A stretch of DNA of 64,000 nucleotides from the human T2T-CHM13v2.0 reference genome, Homo sapiens. Where the stretch lies: assembly GCF_009914755.1 (NCBI RefSeq), contig NC_060944.1; one strand, given 5' to 3'. Below, piece after piece: positions 12,954 to 28,385 of this stretch. The notes under the pieces were generated by a model, which was not told the DNA's origin, did not search any database, and saw only the letters and a program-made list of their open reading frames with translations. The number at the start of each line of letters is the position of its first letter. Positions within the stretch are counted from its first letter, which is position 1. The position numbers were made by a program, and so were the translations under genes.

Positions 12954-13349
12954 ATCAATAGATGTGTATGTTTTGGTTAACATGACCGGCCAACACTCCT
13001 TCACATAGTACAGGCTTGATCCCCCGAGGGAGGAAAGTCTGACTTTGAGTCAGGTGTGTGGAGAGCCAGAAGATTCTGCTAAAGCCATAAGATTTAAGCA
13101 GTTTCCTGTTCTATGTTCATTTTAACTATTATGGAATGTGTCTCTTGGAGAGAAGGGCAGAAGTCTAATAGAGAGATCTGGAGAAGCCACCCTGGCATTT
13201 GCAGTCTTTGTCAATCTCAATATGAACATTCTCATCTACCAGCCAAACTGGTCAGATGAGTTCTTCCTGTCCTCAACTCCCAAATGCTGTCTCAGACCAC
13301 ATCCCTGCACACACACCCTGATATCCTCTGCCCCAAATCAAAACTCTAC

Positions 13350-13775
13350 AGTAGGCAAAAATATCAGCCCCCAAAGAGGTTCACATCCTAATACCCAGAA
13401 CCTGGGAATCTGTTATCTTACATGGCAAAAAGAACACTGTGAACGTGATTAAGGATCTTGAACTGGGGATATGATCCTGGATTATCCGGGTGGGCCCCAT
13501 GTACTCATAAGGGTCCTTATAAGAGGGAGGCAAGAGGGCAGAGAGGAGAAATGATGTTAGGCTGACAGCTTCAAGGATGGAGAAAGAACAGCAAGCAAAG
13601 GCATAGAAGTGGCCTCTAGAAGCTGGAAAAGGCAAGAAACAGATTCTCCCCCAGAGTCGACGGAAGGAACACAGCCCTGCAGACCTATCTCAGACTTCTG
13701 ACCTCCAGAACAATAAATCAGTGTTAACTGCTACGCTTATGGTGAATTGTTATAGCGGCAAGACGAAACTAACAC
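13350..13775 (+). mobile_element. MLT1C/D-type solo LTR
   Basis: 'cctggattatccgggtgggccc', 'tctagaagctggaaaaggcaagaaacagattctcccc', end 'gaaactaacaca'. Confidence 0.85.
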
Positions 13776-13849
13776 AAACCTCAAAGATTGCTCTGCTTAT
13801 TTCTGTATGTTTATTGACACTCTTCACTTTCACTGCCTTCCTTCTGTAG

Positions 13850-14610
13850 ACCCATTATGTTTTATACACTGTCTTCTGCCCGAATGAGTTCTTGTAAAAT
13901 ACATGTAATTGTTTACTATGCATGTATTTTTAATTATGTAGATTGGAATGTGTTCTAGCTCGTTTACCTTTTTGTCACTCAGCACTACACTTCTGACATC
14001 CACCCAGGCTGCTGTGTGCCCTTATTTCATGATTTTCAACCATTGCATGGGGTTCTGGGGTGTGTTCTCTCCATCATTTATCAATCTGCTCCCCACTGAC
14101 AGACACTGTTTGCTTCTTACTCATCACTGTCAGAAATCACACTGTAGTAGACCTTCTCAGGTGTCTCCTTCTAGATTTGTGTGAATTCCTTTGTGGTCTA
14201 CATTCCTAGGGGCAGAAATACTGACATATAGGCTGTGTGTAAACTTAATTTGACAAAGTACTGTCAGATTGCTTTCAGAACAGCAGCCCCAAAACTTTTA
14301 GCTGTATGTAAAGGTACCTGTGAACCCACATTCATCCAACCTTTGGTATTATCCAATTTTTCTACCTTTTTACCAATCTGATGGGCACTACGTATTTTTT
14401 ACCATTACTATTTTAATTTATATTGTTTCAGTACTAAGGAGTTTGAGAATTTCTTCCTATATTTTTCAGCCTTTTGGATTTTTATCTTTATAAACTCGTT
14501 GTTCAAATCCTTTGCACAATCATCTACTCATTTGTAGAATTCTTTGTATATTCTAGGGGTTTTTTTTGTTCATGATAATCTCTAATAAGTAAGAGTCCTT
14601 TATTTTTGAT
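13850..14610 (-). mobile_element. Old L1M 3'-region fragment
   Basis: T-rich L1M antisense motifs 'gtactgtcagattgctttc', 'ccaatctgatggg', 'gttcaaatcctttgc'. Confidence 0.6.
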
Positions 14611-14629
14611 GTAATAAAATCAACCAAGT

Positions 14630-14936
<307 letters not shown>

Positions 14937-14950
14937 AATAAAATCAACCA

Positions 14951-14954
<4 letters not shown>

Positions 14955-14994
<40 letters not shown>
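14955..14994. repeat. (TG)n microsatellite
   Basis: Direct reading, ~20 units. Confidence 0.97.
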
Positions 14995-14996
<2 letters not shown>

Positions 14997-15014
14997 CTTT
15001 GCTGATTCTCAAGG

Positions 15015-15112
15015 TTTTATTTTATTTTTATCTTTTTACCTTTTTTTAAATTATACTTTAAGTTTTAGGGTACATGTGCACAACCTGCAGGTTAGTTACA
15101 TATGTATACATG
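15015..15112 (-). mobile_element. Extremely 5'-truncated L1PA 3' end (~65 bp plus tail)
   Basis: 'ttatactttaagttttagggtacatgtgcacaacctgcaggttagttacatatgtatacatg' is the antisense of the young L1PA terminus. Confidence 0.9.
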
Positions 15113-15139
15113 TTGTTATTTTTTTGAAATGTCTCCCTA

Positions 15140-15443
15140 ATGGTAGACATGAAATCTGTTCTCAAATATTCCACGTCCCCCTTGTTCCAGGCACATGGTC
15201 AGGTTGTACTTTCCTTTGAAGTTAGGTATAGCCATGAGACTTTCCTTGCCCAGTGATAAGTGAGAAGATATCACCTGTCACTTTCAGGACTGTTTTAAAG
15301 CCCAAGTGTAATTGGCCCATTTCACTTTCCCCTGTTGACCTATGTGATCACAACACACTAGCGAGAGAGAGATTTCTGTTGCGGGTTAAGCCATCAGATT
15401 TTGGGGTCATTTGTTCCTCGAGCATACCTAGCCTATCCTGACT
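15140..15443 (+). mobile_element. MLT1 (I/J-type) LTR
   Basis: 'gaagttaggtatagccatgagact', 'ttaagccatcagattttggggtcatttgtt...cctagcctatcctgact'. Confidence 0.7.
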
Positions 15444-17177
15444 TTTTTTTTTTTAATTTATTTTATCCCATTCCCCACTCTCCTACCATGAGCAACCATT
15501 TTAATATATTTATTTTGTGTTCTTAGAAAATGCATCCTATTACATGTGCATTTTTAAAATTTAGATAAATGGTGTTGGGTTGTCTCACTGTTTCTTACTT
15601 TATTCACTCAGCATTATGCTTTTAAGGTCCAGCCACACTGCTACAACTGCATATCAAATCTGTTGTTGTTAAATGCTGTGTGGGTGAGCCACAGCTGTGA
15701 TTTCCCTCTCTTCCTTTCCCTATGAAAGACACAAACTTTTTTTGAAGAAATCTTTGCCCAACTCTAGTCTACAAAGTCATTCTGCAATATTCTTTTCTAA
15801 CTTTGTAGCTTTATCATTCACACTGACATCTTAGGTCTCCAAAGTCCATTACCCTGGGAGTAGGTATTAAGGTGGCATTCAGTTTTATTTTCCCCTGCAC
15901 AGTAAAAAAAGTTTTCCTCAAAACCATTTGCTTACTATTCAGTCCAGTTGATCTGTAGAGCCATCTCTATCACACATGAAGTTTCCAGACATACATGAAA
16001 TGGTTCTTGAGCTTTCCATTCTGTTCTATTGATCCACTGCCTATTACAGCATGCATTTTTATAGTTATGGCTTAATAGTATATTTTATAGATTCATGTAT
16101 GGAAGGGTACATCTTCTGTGTTTTTAATCCCTCCTTGAAGTTGACTACTATGATTTTTCCCCTCTATATATATTTATTAGAGAAAGTTTATCAAGTTCGT
16201 TAAAAACTTAACAGAAATTTTTATTGACACTGAATTAAATTCATAGATAAATTCAGGGGGGATTTTCACTTGTGTAATATCTTCCCATCCATGGCCATAG
16301 ACTTTTTCTCCATCTATTCAGGTCTTCTTTTAACTCTCTTATTAAAGTTTTCTCCATTGAGATTTTATATATTCTTAGACTACTTAAATCCTAAATATTT
16401 GATCATTTGTATTACAATTGTCTTAAATTAGATTTTCTAGTTCATTATTGCTGGTGTACAGACATGCTATTGATTTTTATAAGTTAATCTTATATCTGGC
16501 AACCTTGTTGAACTCTCTTATTACCACAATTTTTGATTGCAATTGATTTTTCTAAAAGGATTATCATATCATCTACAAACAATGAGTTTTATTTCTTTGC
16601 AATCCTCATACATCTTATTTCTTTTTCTTTCCTTAAAGTTTGGGCCAGAAACTCCAGCATTATGTTAAATAGCAATGGTGGCTCCACTCTTCTCCCTGCT
16701 CCAAAAAGGAATGCACCTGCATTTTCTACATTAGGTATAATATTTGCTGTAGAATTTTGGCTTATAAACTAGCAATCTAACAAAAGTTTCCCTTTATTTT
16801 CTAAGGGTTTTAAAAAATAATCATAAATTGGTGAATACCTTTATCAAATGCTTATCACCTATTCACTCATTTAAGGACATTTAAGTTGTTTCAAGTTTGG
16901 GGTAATTATAAGTAAATCTGCTATGGACATTCATGTATCAAATGCTTGTCTCAAGGATTGAAATAATCATATGATTTTTATTCTTTAGCATATTTAAAGT
17001 AGTGAATTGCACGAACATTGAAAAAAAACTTGCTCCTGGGATAAGCCCCATATAATTATTATTTTTGTAAAACAGTGTTGACTTCGTTAGTTAGTATTTA
17101 ACATACGATGTATTTTCTATACATTCACGCATGAAATGGGCCTGTATTTTCTTTTCTTGTATTCTTATCTGATTTTT

Positions 17178-17438
17178 CAGTCTGATAACCAAGAGGGCTA
17201 CTAAGCGACTAATAAGTGAGTAGCATATATAGCATGGATATGTTGGACAAATGGATGATGCACATTCTGGCAGGATGGAGCAGGATGGCATGAGGTTTCA
17301 TCACAGTATTCAGAAAAGTGACATTTTTAAAAGTTATGAATTGTTTATTTCTGGAATTTTCCATGTACTATCTTCACACTGTGGTTGACTGTAATTGCAA
17401 CCAAGAAAAGTGAAACTGTGGATCAAGGGGGAATACTG
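17178..17438 (-). mobile_element. MER44/Tigger7 fragment
   Basis: 'ttatgaattgtttatttctggaattttccat...gaaactgtggatcaagggggaatactg'. Confidence 0.8.
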
Positions 17439-17439
17439 T

Positions 17440-17741
17440 GTCAAGAGGTGGAGCCTTTAGGGGTCCACCTTCAAAGATGGGATCAGTGCCTTAGAACAGG
17501 GCTTGAGGGGGCAAGTTTTCTTCTCCCGTCCGTCTGCCATGTAAGGACACAGCGTTTGTCCACCCTGGATGATAAAGCAACAGCGTGCCATCTTGGAAGC
17601 AGAGAGTGAATCCTCGTCACACACCAAATTTGCCAGATCTTGGGCTTCCCAACTTCCAGATCTATGAGAAATTAATGTCTATTATTTCTAAATCACCTAT
17701 TCTAACATATTGTGTTATACCAGCAGGAATAGACTAAGACA
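17440..17741 (+). mobile_element. MST (MaLR) LTR, 5'-truncated
   Basis: 'ctgccatgtaaggacacagc', 'gccatcttggaagcagagag', end 'agactaagaca'. Confidence 0.75.
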
Positions 17742-20700
17742 CTTATGCTATCTTTTTATAGACACACCCTTTCTCTCCTCCCTGCCATCTAAAACCCCAG
17801 GCAGCCACTAATCTGTTCTCCATCTATAATTTTTTTATCATTTCATAAATGTTATATAAAAGAAATAATATACTATGTAACATTTTGACTCAGCATAATT
17901 TTTCACTTAGCATAATTCTCTTGAGGCTCATCCAAGGTGTTACAGGTACAATAGTTTGCTCTTTTTATTCCTGAGTAGTATATCATGCTATAGGTGTTTT
18001 ACAGCTTGTTTAACTATTCACTCATTTAAGGACATTTAGGTAGTTTCCAGTTTGGGGTGATTGTGAGTAAATCTGCTATGGACATTCATGTATAAGTTTC
18101 TGTGTGAACATGAGTTTTTGCTTCCCTGGAATAAATGCCTAAGCGTATAATTGCTGGATCATATAGTAAGTTCATTTTTACTTATAAAATAAACAGGCAA
18201 AGTACCTTCCAGAGCGGCTATATCATTTTACATTTCCACCAGCAACGTAGGAGAGATCCAGTTTCTTTGCATCCTCGCTATAATCTGGTGCTATCACTAC
18301 TTTTTATATGAGCCATTCAGATAGGTGTGTAGTGATTCCTCACTGTGGTTTTAATTTTCATTTTCCTAATGACTAATCATGTTAAACATTTTCTTCATGT
18401 TCCTTTTTTTTGCCATCTGTATATACAGGTCATTTGTTTTTAACTTTTGTTTCCTGTTAAATAAATTTAAACTTTTAGACTTTCCTCTAAGTGTTGCTTC
18501 AGCCTGTTGTGCAAATATAGACTTGTTCTGCTTTCATTATTATTCACTTCAGGATTCCTTTATGATTTCCTTTGTAACCAAAGTGTTGTTTAGTAACATG
18601 TTATTTAGTTGTCAAATTCATGAGATTTTTAAATCTGTCCTTTGGTTATTAATTTCTAAGTTTATTGCATAACAGTTGGGGAACATGCTCTGTGTTATAT
18701 GAATTATTTGGTTTTAATTGGGCTGCTTTTATGGCCTAATACATGTTCTATTTTTGTGATGATTTTGAGTGTGCTCAAAAGAATGACTTTCTCTGTTTGC
18801 ATTTGGAGTTCTATATATTAAAATTATTTAACACTAATTTGTCAATATGTTAATAAGCTTGAGTTTATTCATTCTATTTCTCAGATCTTCAATGTCTCTA
18901 GTTATTTTTTGTCTACTTGATATTGTTCTGCTTCAATAGATTGATTCCCTAGTATGGCTGCTAACTTGTATCCACCTTAAATGATAACCACAAAAACAAC
19001 CATAATTTGCAAATACCTAACTGCCTCATGTAAAGTTTTAAATACTATGTGCCAGGGACTTGGCTAAGCATTTTGCTGGTGTCACATTTACCTCTTACAC
19101 TTACAAGTCACAAAGTTCCTGTTTTACAGATGAGGAATCCAAGAGTCTAGAAGCAAATTAACCATGGCATGCAGCCAGAATGGCAGAGCTGGCATTTAAG
19201 TGCAGATTTGTGTTCTAAGTCCATGTTTTTAATGATTGTATTCTATGCCTCAGTTTACTCATTTGTAGAAGGAGGAAATTTGGAGGACTTTGAGGGGTTT
19301 TTTTTTAAGACTAAGAAACTCATCATCATTATTATTGTCTGGGTTAACATTTATTGAACTCTTCCTCTGTAAGTTCTAGGTTCTGTACTAAGCACAGTAC
19401 GTCAGTGATCTTATTTCATCCTCACAGCCACCCTATAAAGTAGGTGTTGAAAACTTAGTGTTACAGATGAGGAAACGAGGGCTTAGAGTGAGTACTCAGT
19501 TAGGATAAGAACTCATTGGTGAGGTCACCAGGGCCTAAGGTCCTAATCACAATGCTAGACTTTGATCTTCCACACTGAACCGGGGACTTTATAGATGACA
19601 TTTCACGTAGCCCCACAACAGCTGTCAGAGGGAAGAAGTGGTGTGCCTTCTTAACCACATCCATCCAAAAGTTTTTTGGTTGACCCCTGGGACTTCAGAA
19701 AGAAGTCTTCTGTCTTTCTTATTTGATTGAAATGTTCCTTTCAATTGCTTGGACTCTGAAGCCCAGCATCCTCTTTTTCTCTCCCCAAGCTGCTCAACAC
19801 ATTCCTAAAGGCAGCATTTGGCCCAGCTCATTTCTTCCTCTTCATACCCCTCCATTTAACCTCCCCATCTTCAGTGGAGGTACACATACTCAATCACATT
19901 GCCCATCCTCTCCTGTTGTCTTCCAGAAAAGTCTTACCCTAAAATGGACTGATAAGCCCATACAACTTATAGTATATTTTAAATATGAAGATAGGGGCTT
20001 TTCTCAATCATCTCGACCCTTTCATCTACCTGTTTTTTTCAGAGTAAAGAGAGAGAAGCAGTGAGTTATTGTCATGTTAAGCTGCACTAAATGGCTGTAT
20101 ATTATGGTTAGAGACCTCTGGAGAAATAATGATGAGATCACTGCATCTTTTGTTCTTGGAAAAATAATGTGGCAAAAAGACACCTCTAATCCTCTATTTT
20201 AATTTGTTTTTATTGATCTCTTTGAAAATTAGGGAAACAACGTTTTCTCATTGCAAATGTTATAAGAATGCATGGGGAGGTTCTAGTTATAAAGAATAAT
20301 GAAGTAGAGGCTATGAAAGAGAGTCTCTTCATAAGGCATGGATTTAGCGGAGGACGGTGGGTGAGAACATACCTGTAAAAGGAAATACACAGAGTAAAGA
20401 AACCTCTCAGATATCAATGACTAACTCTCAGTTGTGGGTTTGGGAATAATGTGTCATCAAAGAGGCATTCCATGAGCTCAGTAAAAACTCCCGCCCCTCC
20501 CCCAACTATCATTTCACTATCATATCAATCTCCTTTATTCTCTTGGCACTTGCAGGAATTACCTTGTTTATTTACTTATATGATTGTTTACTTGTATTAT
20601 TTCCCCCACCTTAGCCTGAAAAATTAATTGTACAAAAGAAAGAACTTTGTGTATTTGTTTTCTGCCATTTCCTGGTACCTAGAATCATAGCTGGCATATA

Positions 20701-23383
20701 ATAAGTAGTCAAATATTTGGACAGATGAATGGATGGATGAATAGATGGATAGATACGTGAAATAAATGTTTCCTCTATCCCCAATCTTCTGTGATTTCCA
20801 AATTTTCTATAATGAACAAATGTTACTGCTCTAAAAAGAAAACATTAATTTAGCATCACATCTTTCTAGAAACCTTTCCTGTTTCCTCGGGCACAAGTGA
20901 ATCTCCCTCCTCTAATCTCCCAAGAATATTCAAACCTCTCATTGGACACTGGGCCTTGTCATCCTGACTCTCATTATTTGCCTACATTTCTTGTCTTCCT
21001 CACTGAAATTTAAGGCCTCTGAGTGTTAGACTCATAAATTTCCAGAGCAGCAAAGAACTTAAAGATCATCAGGCCTAACGTCCCCACTTATAGATGAAAA
21101 CAGTGAGACTCAGAGATGTGAGCTATCCAGACCCAATGGCAAAAGATAATCCAGGAAAGTGCTACACTCTTAATGCCATATTTTCTTTGTTCAAGTTGTC
21201 TTAGGTCACTGGGTAAGCTGTGGTAGGTTCAGCACTTTAACTGGGCACCTAGCCCTCTACCCTCTCTTCTCTAGGCCAGAGGGCAGTGCCTTCTGCATTT
21301 GCAATTCATATTTCCTACCTCAGTGGCTGAAAGGGGCAGAAAGGGCTGGAAAGTGGAGGAGTCTCACCTATACTTTCTCTCTTTATTTGGCATGTCCATG
21401 CACCTGGCATCCTACCCTTTATGCCCAAAGAATTAACAAGGAGAAGAAGAAATAAAGCAATAATTCTCTGGCAACTGTCAAAAGGCACACAGACCATCCA
21501 CAAGTGGTTTTTCTGATAAATATGTGCAAAGCCTCTTTCAGTTTTCCCGTTAGAGTCTCAGCGCTCCCTTGAGGAAGAGGTAGCTCAATTCTAAAAGAAT
21601 TTTAGATAAGCTATTTAAGACATAGGGGAAAATACAGGTTAAAATATAACAAATTCCCCAAACCTAGCACCTAAGATACTGAATTTAGGGTTCAGCATTT
21701 CCATGTAGGTATCCATGTTTCCTTTTCATATATAAGTTTCTAAGAATAACATAGTATTGACTGGCAGACTTAAAAACTACATACAGTTGACCCTTGTATA
21801 TAATGCAAGGGTTAGAGGTGCCAACCTCCCACCCCCACACAGTTGAAACTCCATGTATAACTTCTGACCTCCAAAAACTTTCCTACTCTTGACCGAAAGC
21901 CTTACTGATAACATGAACAGTTGGTTAAAACATATTTTGTGTTATATGTATTATACATTGTATTCTTACAATAAAGTAAGCTAGAGAAAAAAATATTATT
22001 AGGGAAATCATAAAGAGGAGAAAATCTATTTACTATTCATTAAGGGGAAGTGGATCATCATAAAGCTCTTCATTTTCATTGTCTTCCTATTGACTGGCCT
22101 GAGGAAGAGGAGAAAGAAGAGGGGTCGGCTTTGCTGTCTCAAGGGTGGCAGAAGTGGAAGAAGTGGAGGAGGTGGAAGGTGAGGCAGGAGAGGCAGGCAT
22201 ACCCCATGTAACTTCACAAAAACACATTGCAATTTGTCTTTTTCACTTTTTTATTTCTCTCAAAAATGTTTCTATGTGGTACCAATTTTTCTTCCACCTC
22301 TTGCTTTAGTTTCAGTGCCTGTTTCACAGAAGTTTCCATGTCCTAAAAGAAGTCAAAAGTGGTCTTGAATAATTGGAACCGTTCTGTCAGATAATCTAAT
22401 GTAAATCTGTTTTCTGGCACCGCTCCTTCTATGTCTTTCCTCATCTTCTGGCACCAGTTCAGAAGAGCTCATCTCTAACAAGTTGTCCGCTGTTAATTCT
22501 TATGATCTTGTGAAGTGTCTATTAGCTCCTGAATTTCTCCAAGATCTGTATCTTGAAATCCTTCACTTTCACCACCTTTTTTTTTTTTTTGCCATATCCA
22601 CAATCTCTTTCATAATGTCCTTGATTGCTTCGGTCATAAATTCTGTGAAGTCACACACAACATCTGCACAGTTTTCCCTAGCAGTAATTTATTGTTTCAA
22701 GCGTGGCAGTTTTCATGGTTTTTTGTATAACGATGATGACATCTTCAATGGTGTAATCCTTTCAGACTTTCATGGGCTCTCTTTATACCGTTGACAATGC
22801 ATTCCATAGAATACAATGTGTAATGAAACTTAAAGATCCTCATGACCCCTGAATTAGAGACGTTGTGTTTGGGGGCAAGCAGACCACTTCATTGCCTGTG
22901 ATGTTCAACTCATTGGGTTCTAGGGGGCCAGAGGTATTGTCTAATAGCAAAATAAATTCAAAGGTAGTCCCTTACCAGCAAGGTACTTCCTGACCCAGAG
23001 AACGAATGGAACCAATTCAGAATTTGTTGTCCAGGACTTCTTGTACAATCAGAAGTCTAGCAGCTGGTGTTTATCTTTTCCCTTCAAGGCTTAGGGCTTA
23101 GCAGCTTTACAGATAAGGGTAGTCCTTGTCATAAACCTGAGTGCATTTGCACAGAATCATAGATTTAGCACATCTCTTCCTGTCTTAAATCCTGGTGCTC
23201 ACTTCTCTTTCTTATAACTGAATGTCTTTTATGGCATTTTTCCCCCCCAGAATAAGGCACATTCACTGGCATTAAAAACTTGTTCAGGTAGATATCCTTT
23301 CTCCTCAATTATTTTCTTAATGGCATCTGGGGTATTGTCTGCTGCCTCTTGGTGGGCAAAAGCTGCTTCTCCTGTTATCTTGA

Positions 23384-23517
23384 TTTTTTTTGGTTTGTTT
23401 GTTTGAGACAAAGTCTCTCTGTTGCTCAGGCTGACCTCAAACTCCTGTGTTCAAGCGATCCTCCTGCCTCAGACTTCCAAGTAGCTGAGATTATAGGCAC
23501 CCAACATTGTACCAGGC
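23384..23517 (-). mobile_element. FLAM-type Alu monomer inside Tigger2
   Basis: Single-arm Alu 'gagacaaagtctctctgttgctcaggctgacctcaaactcctg...gtagctgagattatagg'. Confidence 0.8.
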
Positions 23518-24132
23518 TCTTTTCTTGACATTTTTTTAAACGAAATCTTTTTCAAAAATTAACAAGCCACCCTTTGCTGGCATTACATACCCCAGCTTTA
23601 GATCCTTTACCTTCCTTTTGTTTTAAGTTGTCATATAATAATTGCCTTTTACTCCAATGATATTAGAGTCTACAGATATGCCTTTCTTATAGAAATCCTG
23701 CAACCACATAAGAGCCGCATTCTCAATATGATATAAAAAGGTATTTTGCAAAAAGTGCAAGGTTTTCATGCATGCTGGTATAGCTGTGGTGATCACTTCA
23801 CAAATTTCCTTTTCTATTCTTTTTTTATTTACAATGGTCCTTGTGCTGGATTCATTTATCTTGAAATGGCAGAAAACTGCAGCTGTAGACCTCAATCTAG
23901 GGTACATATCAAGAATTTAACCTTTCTTTTGTAATGTCATGACTTTTCTCTGCTTCTTTGGAGTGCTTCCAGCATCACTAGTGGTACTTTGTATGGGTAT
24001 CACGGTGTTTTTCAAGGTTTACACTATTGCACCAAACATGATGAAAAATACACGAGAACCTCAAGAGATCACTTTTTATTGTGGTAAGTGATGTACTGGA
24101 AAGATGAACTGATCATATGGAGATGTCAGCCT

Positions 24133-25525
<1,393 letters not shown>

Positions 25526-27446
25526 AATTTTAACTTTTTAATAACAGATTTTAGAATATTTTATGGTAGCAAATGATAAAATAGACTACTATCTACATCT
25601 TTCATGACATACTTAAAAATTTTTTGATTTTTGATATTTCTGGGCTGCATGATGCGTCTGCAAGTTTTTCAAATCATTGCACACCTCCAACAAGATGTCC
25701 AATATATGTATTGAAAATAACCCTTGTATAAGTGGATGCTTTCAGTTCAAACCTACATTGTCCAAGGGTGAGTTGTAATTGGTATCATATACATACCCTT
25801 CTTCAGCTTCTATCATTTTAGTTAGATTCATTCATTATGATACATGGAGCTTAAGTTCATTAATTCTACTGCTATCCAGTTTTCCATTGTATGACTATAT
25901 CACAGTTCATTCATTATTCTTTTGATGAATATTTATTTTAATTTATTTTTAGTTCTGTTTGTAATTTGAGTTTTTTTATCCACTAACATGGTATGTCTCT
26001 TAACTTACCTAGGTCTTTTAAAATTTATTTAGCATAAATTTTATAATTTTCTAGGTCTTACACATTTTTCACTTGTTTTGATATATGTTTTATTTTTGTT
26101 GCTACTGTAAATGGTGTTTTTAAACTTTTTATTTGAATATAAAGTACAGAGAAGTACACGCATCTCTGAATTTCCACAAACTTCACCCTTGTATAACCAG
26201 ACAAAAATCAAGAAAGATGTTACCAGAATCACATAAGCCTCTTTATGCCGGTCTACTCACTACCCCCATCAGCAAGGTAAATGCTATTTTAATATTTTTG
26301 AATTAAATTTTATAATTATTATATAAAAATGTAAATGACTTGTATACTGATCTAATATCCAGAGACTTTGATATAGCATATTACTATTTATAATTTGTTG
26401 TAATCAAAAATTTGATTTATATTGTAATCTTTTTTCCTCTCTAGACAATCATGCCACATGTGACTAGTATAACATTGTTTTGCTTCCTTTCCAGTAATTA
26501 TTCATTTTACTCCCCTTTAAAAAAATTCTCTGCCCTTACTGGCTGTCTTTAACACCAAGTGAAATAGATGTAGTGTTGGTGCATCCCTTCCTCACTTTCC
26601 CTTGGTTTTCAAGGCAATGTTTTCATATTTATCATTTATTATGATGCTTATTGACTGAAGATGTCCCTCATCAGAATAAGAAAGTTCTTTTCTATTCCTA
26701 GATTTATAAGGGGTATTTTTAGTTTAATGATTTTATGCACTTAGCAAATAATTTTATGCACTTAGGCAGCTATAATTTTTCTATTTTGTTTGATTAATGT
26801 GGTAATTACATTAATGTATTTTCCAATGTCAGACAACCCTCATAGTCTCTCAATGAACCCAAAATTGCCTTCATCTATTTACTATTTTTACTTCTTAAGT
26901 TTAAACTTTTAATTGATAAATACAAGCAGGTCATAAATCATAAAAAAGCAGCAAGGTGAATTTCCACAATACTGACATCTCCTATGTAACAGATCGATAA
27001 CAAAATATTACCAGCCCTCAGAAGCCCACCCCATCACGCCTTTCCCCGTCACTAACCCCCACAAGGGTAGCCAGTATCCTAATTGATAACTTCATTGTTT
27101 GTATTTGCCTATTTTTGAACTTTTATCTAGAATAAATCATAAGCATCTGCTCTTTTGTGTCATTTGTTCAACCTTAGGTTTGGGAGAGTCCACCACAGTG
27201 TTTTAAGTAACATTACTTCATCCATTCCCATTGCTGTATAAAAGCGCATTACATGAATATCCCACATTTATTCATTTATTCTATTGTTGAGAAACATTTT
27301 TGTTTCAAGTTAATAAACATTAGGAATAGTGCTATCATGAACGCTACACATATTTTGCTGAAGATATATATGCATTTCTGTGAGAAATATACCTAGAAGT
27401 GGAATTACTGGGGTGTGGGTAGTATATATTTACTTTCTATATACAC

Positions 27447-27662
27447 CAAGGATCTACAAGCTACAACCCTTCTCTTCCGCCTGCCAACAATTTTTGTTGA
27501 TAAAGTTTTATTGAAACACAGCCACACCTATTTGTTTATGTATGTCTATGCTGTTTTAGCACCTCAGTGGCAGTGTTGAATAGTTGTGATAGAAACAGTA
27601 CAACCTGCAAAGCTTAAAATATTTATTATCTGGTTTTTACATAGAAAGTTTGCTGTTCCCTG
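27447..27662 (-). mobile_element. MER58A MITE
   Basis: 'ataaagttttattgaaacacagccacacc...aaaatatttattatctgg...aaagtttgctgttccctg'. Confidence 0.8.
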
Positions 27663-28338
27663 TTGTATACTGTCAAACAGTTTTTAAAAGTGGTTATACC
27701 AATTTATACCCCCACTTCTCTAGCTTTGCCATGATATGTTTTAATATGCATTCTTGAATTTTGTTCTTATGTATAAGTGACATTAAGCTAATATGCCTTC
27801 ATTTTTTTTGTCCTGGTGTGGTTTTGATATCAAAATATCCTAGACTTACAAAATGAATTAGGAAATTTTCCTATATTTTTCATTCTCTGAAAGAGTATGC
27901 AAAAAGAAAGAAAGAAATTATATTTTCTTTGAATGCTTGGTCAAATTTGCTTGTAAAACAATTTGGGCTTAGCATTTTGAGAAGATTTTCAATTATTGAT
28001 TCATTTTTTAAAATTATATTCATTTTGTTTACTTCTTGAGTCAGTTTTGAAAGTTACATTTTTCAAGGATATACCTTTTTAGTCTCACTTATTGACAAAA
28101 AGTTATTATATTCATTCATCATTAAGTATTTTAATAGGAATCATTTCATATATAAAAAGAGCACTTACAAAGTATATGTAGTGAAAAATAAAATTCACTT
28201 CTGTCTATGAAACATCTTCCTTAAGAAACAGAACAATATCAATACATTTGAAATTCACTTGTGCCCCTCCCTACAGTATCCACTTCCAATTGCTTTTGGA
28301 GGGATAGGCACTCTCCTAGAAAAAATTACATATGTATA

Positions 28339-28341
<3 letters not shown>

Positions 28342-28384
<43 letters not shown>
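28342..28384. repeat. (CA)n microsatellite
   Basis: Direct reading. Confidence 0.97.

Positions 28385-28385
<1 letters not shown>

Larger units (their letters stand above)
15450..18960 (-). mobile_element. Nested old L1M fragments (interrupted by MER44, MST and a younger L1MB/MC 3' piece at ~17745-18425)
   Basis: Antisense L1 ORF2/3'UTR motifs such as 'atgctattgattttt...aaccttgttgaactc', 'tacatttccaccagcaa', 'ctgtggttttaattt'. Confidence 0.7.

Noticed and set aside
26730-26765. 15-bp spaced direct repeat attttatgcacttag (similar 13-bp case near 57087-57117)
   Set aside because: Ordinary small tandem-duplication indels with no added structure.
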